A stretch of 64,000 nt of DNA. Origin: an uncultured Opitutales bacterium. Lineage in GTDB: Bacteria > Verrucomicrobiota > Verrucomicrobiia > Opitutales > Seribacteraceae. Where the stretch lies: NCBI GenBank assembly GCA_905612515.1, contig CAJQSI010000046.1, positions 9,505 through 73,504 on the forward strand. The letters run 5' to 3'. Under the pieces are notes generated by a model. It searched no databases. It was not told the DNA's origin and worked only from the letters and a program-made list of their open reading frames with translations. Each line of letters starts with the position of its first letter. The first letter of the stretch is position 1. Below are positions 17,248 through 24,821 of the stretch, in pieces. Position numbers and translations under genes: made by a program.

Positions 17248-18456
17248 ATGAATGCTCGGATAACCACAGTTTGCTTAATCCTCCTAACTGCTGCCGTGAT
17301 CACGGAAGCTTGTCAGGTGCCCGTATTTCGTTACGCGTTGGAGAGATGGCAACCCGATCATTACCAATTGGTTATTGTTCATGACGGCAACCTAACCGGC
17401 GAAGAGCAATCCAATGTCACTTATTTGGAGGAAAACCTAGTCGGACCGAACGGCCCGATGATAAATCTTCGTTTCGAAGCCCTCGATCTGGCCAAGGAGG
17501 AAAAACAGTTTGCACGCTGGAAAAAACTTCACAGCGACCAAAACGCTTCGGTCTCCATTCACCTTTTCTTCCCATTCGAAGCCTTCGAACAGAACGCTAA
17601 TCCCATTTGGAACGGGAACTTCACAAGGAATAATATCAACCAGATTCTGGACTCTCCGACCCGGCGAGAACTGGTAAAACGAATTCTCGCCGGCGATTCG
17701 GCGGTCTGGCTTTTCCTCGAAACCGGAAATCAGAAAGAGGACGACAAACTCTTCAATACACTCGAAAAATACGCCAAGATTGCCGAAAAGGAGATTTCGG
17801 TTCCTGAAGGCGTTATTCAGCAAAGTGCTCTCGACGACCCAAACCTTCTTCTCAGCCCCGGAGACGAAGAAAACATTCTCGAGTCCTCCGTTCCTCTCAA
17901 GATCGCCTTTTCAATCTTGCGCCTCTCTCGCAAGGATCCTCAAGAAGTCATATTGAGGTCCATGCTTTTGCGCTTGGAGGACGACCTGCTCGATAAAGAA
18001 ATGGAGAATAAACCGATGCTTTTCCCGGCATTTGGCAAAGGTCGCGTCCTTCCCCCACTTATTGGTGCCGGAATAAGCGAGGAAAACGCACTGGACGACT
18101 GCGGGTATCTTTGCGGCGCATGCTCTTGCCAAGTTAAGAATCAAAATCCGGGCATGGACATACTGGTAAAAGCCGATTGGTGGACTGCCCTTGAAGGAAG
18201 TTCCGTAATCGCAGAGAAGGAACTGCCGCCGCTGACGGGAGTCGAAGATCTCATTGCAGTCAACGAACCCGCAAAAGATAATACCGAAGAAAACAGTGGT
18301 GAACTCGAGGCGAACGCATCTTCTTCGGAGGTCGTCGAGCGAGAGACGGCGACGGATGAACCTCCCATTTCGAACGGCCTCATCGTTGCCGTGGTATTGG
18401 TCTCGGGCATCTTGCTGGTTGGCACTTTTGTACTGAACAAAAATCGCGATCAGTGA
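17248..18456 (+). CDS. hypothetical membrane-anchored periplasmic protein with Cys motif (family not recognised)
   Basis: Signal-like N-terminus, CQVPVFRYALERW after the predicted cleavage site, CGYLCGACSCQ cluster, acidic linker, C-terminal TM (LIVAVVLVSGILLVGTFVL). GTGA overlap with the next gene. Confidence 0.6.
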   Translation: MNARITTVCLILLTAAVITEACQVPVFRYALERWQPDHYQLVIVHDGNLTGEEQSNVTYLEENLVGPNGPMINLRFEALDLAKEEKQFARWKKLHSDQNASVSIHLFFPFEAFEQNANPIWNGNFTRNNINQILDSPTRRELVKRILAGDSAVWLFLETGNQKEDDKLFNTLEKYAKIAEKEISVPEGVIQQSALDDPNLLLSPGDEENILESSVPLKIAFSILRLSRKDPQEVILRSMLLRLEDDLLDKEMENKPMLFPAFGKGRVLPPLIGAGISEENALDDCGYLCGACSCQVKNQNPGMDILVKADWWTALEGSSVIAEKELPPLTGVEDLIAVNEPAKDNTEENSGELEANASSSEVVERETATDEPPISNGLIVAVVLVSGILLVGTFVLNKNRDQ

Positions 18457-19766
18457 ACCTTCGGCGACTTATCGGGCGGGAAATTTTGCACCGCAAGCTA
18501 AGCTTCGGACTCGCCGTGGCAACGATAGCAACGAGCGTCGCAGGACTTGTCGCAGTGGTTGCTTTACTTGGTGCGTACGACTTGCGAACTTCGAAAATGC
18601 TAACGAGGATGAACGAAGAATCCTCCGACATGGAAGCAAAGTTCGCGAAAGAGATGAAAGCCTACGAGGACGATGTCCGCAAAACGATGAAGGGACTGGG
18701 TTTCAACATCTTCATCTTTCCCGAAGGACAGGAGCTAAGCGAAGTTTACGCAGAAGGGTTCGCTTCAAAGACAATGCCCGAGTCCTATGCCGGCACCTTG
18801 GCTGAAAGCAAAATCGTAACCGTCAATCACCTCCTGCCGAGCCTTACCCGCAAGCTGAAGTGGCCCGAGCGGGAACGTACCGTCATCCTCATCGGCATTC
18901 GCGGCGAAGTTCCAATCGCGCACCGTGACCCAAAGAAACCACTCATTGACCCCGTACAGAAAGGGCAAATCGTACTCGGTCACGAACTCCACCGATCGCT
19001 TGACCTGAAGGAAGGGAACGCCACCGTATTCATGGGCCGCGAATTCATCGTCGAGAAATGTCACGCAGAACGCGGAACGAAGGACGACATCACCATTTGG
19101 ATGCACCTCGGCGAATGCCAAGAACTTCTTAAAGAAGAAGGACGCATCAATGCTATCAAGGCATTGGAATGCAATTGCGCCACAATTGATCGCCTCGGAG
19201 AAATTCGCCGCGAAATTGCGGGCATACTTCCCGGGACGAAAGTCATCGAGACCGAAAGCAAGGCATTGGCTCGGGCCGAGGCCCGAAACAAGGCAAAGAA
19301 ACATAGTCAACGCGCCATCGCATCTAAAAAGGCCGAGGCGATCAAACTCCAAGCTGACCGCGACCAGCTAAGATTCGAGGATAAGCAAAAGTACACGGCT
19401 CTTCTCACTGTCGTGATTCTTGGTTCTATGGCTTGGGTTTCCTTTCTCGCCTTTGCCAACTCTCGAGATCGTCAAGCTGAAATCGGCATCCTCCGAGCCA
19501 TGGGAATTTCCACGGGTTCCATCTTGGGCGCGTTGATGGGGCGAGCGTTTCTCGTTGGATTGTTTGGAGCCGGCTTGACACTGCTTTTCGCTTTTCTCCT
19601 AGCCGACATCTTAAAGGATTCGCTTCATGGGTTCGACCTAAGGTCTCTTCGGGGAGATATTCCTCTAATCCTTTTATCCGTACCCGTCCTCTCCTGCGCG
19701 GCATCATGGTTGCCCGCCCTGCAAGCCGCTAACCGAGATCCAGCAACCATCCTTCGCAATGAGTGA
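18453..19766 (+). CDS. MacB/FtsX-type ABC transporter permease
   Basis: GTG start overlapping the previous stop. TM1, about 280 aa of periplasmic domain with a Lys/Ala-rich coiled-coil-like stretch, then three C-terminal TMs with the FtsX-like GILRAMG motif. Confidence 0.8.
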   Translation: MNLRRLIGREILHRKLSFGLAVATIATSVAGLVAVVALLGAYDLRTSKMLTRMNEESSDMEAKFAKEMKAYEDDVRKTMKGLGFNIFIFPEGQELSEVYAEGFASKTMPESYAGTLAESKIVTVNHLLPSLTRKLKWPERERTVILIGIRGEVPIAHRDPKKPLIDPVQKGQIVLGHELHRSLDLKEGNATVFMGREFIVEKCHAERGTKDDITIWMHLGECQELLKEEGRINAIKALECNCATIDRLGEIRREIAGILPGTKVIETESKALARAEARNKAKKHSQRAIASKKAEAIKLQADRDQLRFEDKQKYTALLTVVILGSMAWVSFLAFANSRDRQAEIGILRAMGISTGSILGALMGRAFLVGLFGAGLTLLFAFLLADILKDSLHGFDLRSLRGDIPLILLSVPVLSCAASWLPALQAANRDPATILRNE

Positions 19767-20439
19767 CTTTACTCTAAGAGCGACAAATGTGCACAAGACG
19801 TTTGCGGGACCAAAAGGCTCGTCCGTAGCAGCAGTGAACGACATGAGCCTAGAGATCGCGTCGGGCGAATTCGTAGCTCTGGGTGGACCCAGTGGTTGCG
19901 GGAAATCGACCATCCTTTTGATCGCGGGAGGATTGTTGAGACCCGATCAAGGGGAAGTGGAAATCATGGGCACTCGGCCCTACGAAGTAGACAGCGCAAG
20001 GAGAGCAAGCATCCGGGCGAAACACATCGGCTTCGTCTTTCAACAATTTCATCTCGTCCCCTACCTTGACGCATTGGACAACGTACTCGCCCCCACCCTA
20101 GCTCGAGCCCTTCCCGGTGCAGAAGACAAGGCGAAGGCTTTGCTTGAAAAGTTTGGCCTAACCGAGCGCCGACACCATGTGCCGTCCGCCTTAAGCGTGG
20201 GCGAACAGCAGCGAGTAGCACTCGCCAGAGCGTTGCTTCTCGAACCCCAACTTTTGTTGGCCGACGAACCGACCGGCAATCTCGATCCCGAAAATGCCGA
20301 TTCGATTCTTGATCACCTTGCCACTTTCGCCGAAGAGGGAGGCACTGTACTCATGGTCACGCACGACGACCGCGCGGCGGGACAGGCGTCCCGGTCCATT
20401 AGGATGGAGAAAGGAAGTTTCGCCGAAAGCGTGTCATGA
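19759..20439 (+). CDS. ABC transporter ATP-binding protein (LolD/MacB-type)
   Basis: Walker A GPSGCGKST, signature LSVGEQQRV, Walker B LLLADEPTGNLD. 8-nt overlap with the permease gene. Confidence 0.9.
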   Translation: MSDFTLRATNVHKTFAGPKGSSVAAVNDMSLEIASGEFVALGGPSGCGKSTILLIAGGLLRPDQGEVEIMGTRPYEVDSARRASIRAKHIGFVFQQFHLVPYLDALDNVLAPTLARALPGAEDKAKALLEKFGLTERRHHVPSALSVGEQQRVALARALLLEPQLLLADEPTGNLDPENADSILDHLATFAEEGGTVLMVTHDDRAAGQASRSIRMEKGSFAESVS

Positions 20440-20714
20440 AAATCACACTTCGCTACACTTCGCAACTTGCTACTGCTGCAGGAACCTCCGAGGAAGACAT
20501 CGAGGTCGCCGATGGAATTGGGCTTGTGGAGCTACTTGGAAATATTTCTAGAGAACATGGTCCCGAATTTTCGAAATTCGTTGTGAATGACGACGGAACT
20601 CCAGTACCGACCTTGGTCGTAGCCGTAAATGACACCCAAGTCGACCTTAGGGACGGTCTTTCGCTAGAAGACGAATCGGAGGTGATTTTGATCACCCCGA
20701 TGTCAGGTGGGTGA
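20436..20714 (+). CDS. MoaD/ThiS-family ubiquitin-like beta-grasp protein (C-terminal GG)
   Basis: 92 aa ending ...VILITPMSGG. Size and C-terminus are typical of sulfur-carrier proteins. ATGA overlap with the ATPase gene. Confidence 0.7.
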   Translation: MKITLRYTSQLATAAGTSEEDIEVADGIGLVELLGNISREHGPEFSKFVVNDDGTPVPTLVVAVNDTQVDLRDGLSLEDESEVILITPMSGG

Positions 20715-20723
20715 TGCCAAGAG

Positions 20724-21548
20724 TTAGAGTGCCGGGCCCGTAATCTTGTCACAGGTCATGTGGTAAAGGCCGACGAAAAACTCCTCGTCCCATTTTTCCT
20801 CCACGGCCATAGTGCCGGTCACTCGAATAATCCTGTCCATCATGATTTCAACTCCCTTGGGTGCCGTCACCACAACCCAACCGTTGGCCTCGGGAGCTTT
20901 GCCAAAACAGCAACTCATTTGGTCAGGGAGCAGCAAGAACTCGGTGACTTTATTGTCTTCGTTTACTACTGTAGGGATCATAAATCCCTCAACGGCAGCA
21001 GGCAGTCCATCCATTTGACGGACCGTGACGGGTAAGCGACGAGCAAAGGCAGCAAGGTCAAATTTCATGCCGTCCTTTTCCCAGTCTACCTCGTAGGCGA
21101 ACTTCGACATACTGGCAAAACTTAGAGGAGCGTAACCGCTTCCCTTAGGCAAGGGGGGCAGGTTGGAAACCACTGGTTCCGGAACATTAGAAGCATTAGA
21201 GTCCGAACCAGGAGGGAAAGGCAGTTCTACAATTTCCTTTTCCTTGGGGGCAACAAAAGGGTCGTCGGGCGTTCCGGCACTCGCAATTTCGCCTTCTACG
21301 ACTGATACCTCTTCACTTTCATCGAGAAGTAGAGGCTTCGTGCTTGAGGAATTATCTTTTGGGACAAGCAAACCATCAGTTTCCGCAATAGTTGAATTTC
21401 CCTGATCATCCTGAATCGGTTCGCCGACAATAGGATCCCCCTTTAGTGGCGGGCCTGATGCATGATTTACACCACCGTCATCGCCGCAACCACTGATCAG
21501 GAAGAACCAACAGGTTATGAAAACTGTAGGAGTGAATAAGGGCTTCAT
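20724..21548 (-). CDS. DUF3299 domain-containing lipoprotein (long, with Pro/Ser/Asp-rich linker)
   Basis: Start moved to ATG 21548 (MKPLFTPTVFITCWFFLISGC lipobox). C-terminal FLLLPDQMSCCFGKAPEANGWVVV motif shared with the upstream paralog. Confidence 0.65.
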   Translation of the reverse strand: MKPLFTPTVFITCWFFLISGCGDDGGVNHASGPPLKGDPIVGEPIQDDQGNSTIAETDGLLVPKDNSSSTKPLLLDESEEVSVVEGEIASAGTPDDPFVAPKEKEIVELPFPPGSDSNASNVPEPVVSNLPPLPKGSGYAPLSFASMSKFAYEVDWEKDGMKFDLAAFARRLPVTVRQMDGLPAAVEGFMIPTVVNEDNKVTEFLLLPDQMSCCFGKAPEANGWVVVTAPKGVEIMMDRIIRVTGTMAVEEKWDEEFFVGLYHMTCDKITGPAL

Positions 21549-21570
21549 TTTAAAATTCCAGTTACTCTTA

Positions 21571-22155
21571 TTATAAGGCAACGGGATCAAGCGTTTCGCA
21601 AGTCATATGATACAGGCCCTTGAAGAAACCGTCTGCAGGTCTCCATCTTTCCTTGACCGTAAATTCGCCGGTGACGCGCAAGAGTTTGTCTAATTCTGGC
21701 TTTTCGCCTTTCGGCGGGGTCCTCACGAGGATCCAACCGTTTTGCTTTGGGGTCTTTCCTTCGCAACATGCCTTGGTGTCGGGGAGCAAAAGGAACTCGG
21801 TAGTCTTGGAATCATTTTCGATAAGGGTCACGGGAATCATATAGCCTTCTACCGAGACCCGACGACCATGCAGGCTGCGGGCAGCAGGAGGTACGCGGCG
21901 CGCAAAGGCGGCTTGGTCGGGACTCCTGCCATCGGTTTTCCAATTCACATTATACCGAAAACCCGTAAGGACTCCGAAATTAACTTTTGGGAAGGATGGT
22001 CGGGCAATTTCGGGAAGGTAATCCTGTGGGGACGATGGAGAGGCATTCTTCCCTTCATCCATCAATCCGTCCTCGGCACCGCAAGCAGCCAAGAAAAAGG
22101 CAAGTGTGGAGATCGAAAACAGTCTCCAATGGAATGCTTTACTATAAGTCTTCAC
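21571..22155 (-). CDS. DUF3299 domain-containing lipoprotein
   Basis: Lipobox FFLAAC. FLLLPDTKACCEGKTPKQNGWILV motif. Downstream of a MacB-type ABC pair. Confidence 0.65.
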   Translation of the reverse strand: MKTYSKAFHWRLFSISTLAFFLAACGAEDGLMDEGKNASPSSPQDYLPEIARPSFPKVNFGVLTGFRYNVNWKTDGRSPDQAAFARRVPPAARSLHGRRVSVEGYMIPVTLIENDSKTTEFLLLPDTKACCEGKTPKQNGWILVRTPPKGEKPELDKLLRVTGEFTVKERWRPADGFFKGLYHMTCETLDPVAL

Positions 22156-22286
22156 GGAAAATCAAAGTGGTGCGCAAAGTAGAAGAGTTAATCGAACTTG
22201 AGGATTTATTGCAAGCATCGGGCGGCGCAAAGCATCTACCACTTAGAACAATATAACCTTAAAGGACTTTCGCTACCATCACTTAT

Positions 22287-23507
22287 TCAAGACTGCTGGA
22301 CGAGGTTCTTGGCTACATCGGACCGGTAAGCTTGGAGAGCAGGCAACAAACCGCTTAACAACCCCACAGCAAGCATACCGATTGGAACATAAAGGAAGCT
22401 CGGATCATAGGTGAAAGGCTCAAGAAGCACACCCGTTTGCTCGCGTACCACGGAAGCCGCGAGAAAGCCGATACCCAAATAGGCGAAGGCGGCGCCCACT
22501 ATCCCCAGCAGAGTAATCAGTCCAGCTTGGGCGAGAACGACCGACGTGACCGTAGCACGACGAGCGCCGAGACTACGCAAGATGGCGATCTCTCGCCGGC
22601 GCTCGTTCATGGCGTTTCGCAAAATAGCGAGAATGACGCAGGCCGCCACAAAGGCGACAAGATAGGCTATAATCTCAAGCACACGCTGAAACCAAACGAA
22701 GCGCTCGAAGAAACTAGCAAGGGTGCCCGCAACAGGCCAAGCGAGTGTGGCTACATTGCCTTGCTTGTTGTACTTCATGTCCAGCATGAAGCCAGCAGCA
22801 CCCTTGAGGTTAAGAAGAACGGCACTGACGTCGGTAGCGGTCTCTGGGTTATGCCCATCCATAAGCTGGATACCCTTGATCGGAATCCATATAACCTTGT
22901 CGCCAGGGGTACCCGTAGCCTCAAGTATGCCGACAACGACATAGAGATCCTTGTGCTTCGCCTCTTCCTTGAAGGTGAGACCGTGATAGGGATGAAAGTT
23001 ATCGCCCACCTTCAAGCCAAGCTTACGAGCGACAAAGTCTCCGACCAGAGCCTCTTTCGCATTGTCGGTGAAAAGTCGACCGCCGGATTGTACAATGTAT
23101 TTCCGATCTTCTCGCCATTCGTGCTTTTCAAACATCTCGGCAAGCGTTCCGACAAGACGAAAGCCATGATAGTTGTCGCCCACGGCGATTGGATAGGCTT
23201 CGCTTACGCCTGGAGTATCACGAATGAGTTCATACTGTTCCCATGAAAGATTACCGGGCGAGGCCTCGAGATGAAAAAGGCCGTTGAGTACGAGTTGCAG
23301 CTTGGAACCTCTTGCCCCAAGGACGGCATCGTAGCCTCCCGAGGAACGAGAAAACGCGTTTTTAGCTTCCTCCTTGATTTTCCAAGTTCCAAGAAACAGG
23401 CCTCCCGCCAAGGCAATCGCAAGCGATGCCACTGCAGTGGAAAAGGCATATTGCCGCAACCCGCGGGTCGCGAGGAAGAGGATTACCCATGGACCGGAGC
23501 GCAACAT
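22287..23507 (-). CDS. MacB/FtsX-type ABC transporter permease
   Basis: 406 aa. TM1, periplasmic domain, then three C-terminal TMs with the EIAILRSLGA FtsX motif. Confidence 0.8.
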   Translation of the reverse strand: MLRSGPWVILFLATRGLRQYAFSTAVASLAIALAGGLFLGTWKIKEEAKNAFSRSSGGYDAVLGARGSKLQLVLNGLFHLEASPGNLSWEQYELIRDTPGVSEAYPIAVGDNYHGFRLVGTLAEMFEKHEWREDRKYIVQSGGRLFTDNAKEALVGDFVARKLGLKVGDNFHPYHGLTFKEEAKHKDLYVVVGILEATGTPGDKVIWIPIKGIQLMDGHNPETATDVSAVLLNLKGAAGFMLDMKYNKQGNVATLAWPVAGTLASFFERFVWFQRVLEIIAYLVAFVAACVILAILRNAMNERRREIAILRSLGARRATVTSVVLAQAGLITLLGIVGAAFAYLGIGFLAASVVREQTGVLLEPFTYDPSFLYVPIGMLAVGLLSGLLPALQAYRSDVAKNLVQQS

Positions 23508-23511
23508 CGGT

Positions 23512-24195
23512 TCAATCGTTCATCGCCTCGGCGAAGGCTCGGTTGAGGTTACTCCAATCAAGATTTTCGTCAAAACCGCCAATCACGTTCTCATCGTGAC
23601 TCACGAGGAGGAGAGCCGAGCCGGCATCGCAGCAAAGTTCTCGGAGGAGAGCGAGGGCCTTGTGGGCATTGCCAGGATCGAGGTTGCCCGTTGGCTCGTC
23701 GGCCAATACTAGTTTGGGACGATTAGCCAAGGCCCGAGCGAGGGCCACGCGCTGCTGCTGCCCAATAGAAAGCTGACGGGGATAATGAGCCAAACGGTGA
23801 GAAAGGCCTACCCTATCAAGCAACTCCTTGGCTCGAGTCTCGTTCACCTTCCCGGCAAAGGACATGGCGAGCATGATGTTTTCGAGACAGGTAAAACCCT
23901 GAAGAAGGTTGAAAGACTGGAAGACGTAACCGATTGCAGAGGCCCGAAGGTGATCGCGGGCGGCCTCGTTCAATTTGGACACTTCGGTCCCGTCCAGAAT
24001 GACGGATCCCTCGTCTGGTCGAAGTATGCCCGCCAAAAGATGAAGAAACGTTGTTTTCCCCGAACCACTTTCGCCACGCATGCCGAAGAGGTCTCCTTCC
24101 GACAGGGAAAAATTTTCTACATCCACTACGAGAGACTTCCCGCCGTCAGGCGAAACAAAGCTCTTGCGTAAGTGACTGACTTCCAGAAAGGGCAT
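23512..24195 (-). CDS. ABC transporter ATP-binding protein (LolD/MacB-type)
   Basis: Walker A GESGSGKTT, signature LSIGQQQRV, Walker B LVLADEPTGNLD. The start is uncertain (ATG 24195, 24210 or 24237). Confidence 0.9.
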   Translation of the reverse strand: MPFLEVSHLRKSFVSPDGGKSLVVDVENFSLSEGDLFGMRGESGSGKTTFLHLLAGILRPDEGSVILDGTEVSKLNEAARDHLRASAIGYVFQSFNLLQGFTCLENIMLAMSFAGKVNETRAKELLDRVGLSHRLAHYPRQLSIGQQQRVALARALANRPKLVLADEPTGNLDPGNAHKALALLRELCCDAGSALLLVSHDENVIGGFDENLDWSNLNRAFAEAMND

Positions 24196-24252
24196 AATTT
24201 TATCTAACATCGCAACGATACAGGCCCATCGTGGCAAGCCGGATGAAACAAA

Positions 24253-24274
24253 ATATAAGATTTATCGCTTATAT
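24253..24274. repeat. inverted repeat ATATAAG-N8-CTTATAT in a divergent promoter region (function unknown)
   Basis: Read directly. Lies between the ABC ATPase gene and arsC. Confidence 0.3.
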
Positions 24275-24362
24275 GGTCCTCCAGAAGACGGATTAGTTAC
24301 AGGCTGCTACCACAATACTCACTCTACATGGCTTGACCATTCAGATAAGTAGACTTTTGTAT

Positions 24363-24791
24363 ATGAGCATGCAAAAGGTTTTATTCGTATGCATTCACAA
24401 CAGTGCTCGTTCACAAATGGCGGAAGCTTTCCTCAATCAATTCGGCAAGGGAAGATTCGAAGCCGAAAGCGCAGGCATCGAGCCAGGCAAGTTGAACCCC
24501 ATCGTGATCGAAGCCATGCAAGAAGTGGGTTTGGATATTTCGAAGAACACTTGCGACTCCGTCGAACATTTCATTCCCCAGGCCCAAGAGTTCGCCTATG
24601 TAATAACCGTCTGCGACGAGACATCCGCGGAAAGATGCCCGACCTTCCCGGGGGCAGTCAAGCGATTGCATTGGGGATTCCCTGATCCGTCCACCTTGCA
24701 AGTCGCGGAGGAAGAAAAATTGAAGCGTACCCGCGAAATCCGCGATCTCATCAGAGACAGAGTCAAGCAGTGGGTACCCTCGACCGCATAA
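24363..24791 (+). CDS. arsC: arsenate reductase, thioredoxin-coupled LMW-PTP type
   Basis: CIHNSARS P-loop (CX5R-S) plus the downstream Cys pair in VCDETSAERCP. Start placed at ATG 24363 (24369 is also possible). Confidence 0.85.
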   Translation: MSMQKVLFVCIHNSARSQMAEAFLNQFGKGRFEAESAGIEPGKLNPIVIEAMQEVGLDISKNTCDSVEHFIPQAQEFAYVITVCDETSAERCPTFPGAVKRLHWGFPDPSTLQVAEEEKLKRTREIRDLIRDRVKQWVPSTA

Positions 24792-24821
24792 GGCTTTGCC
24801 AAACGGAAACCGGCGGAAGAG

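Noticed and set aside
22437-23246. 269-aa plus-strand ORF
   Set aside because: It is antisense to the FtsX-type permease, which has a clear TM topology. It is a shadow ORF.
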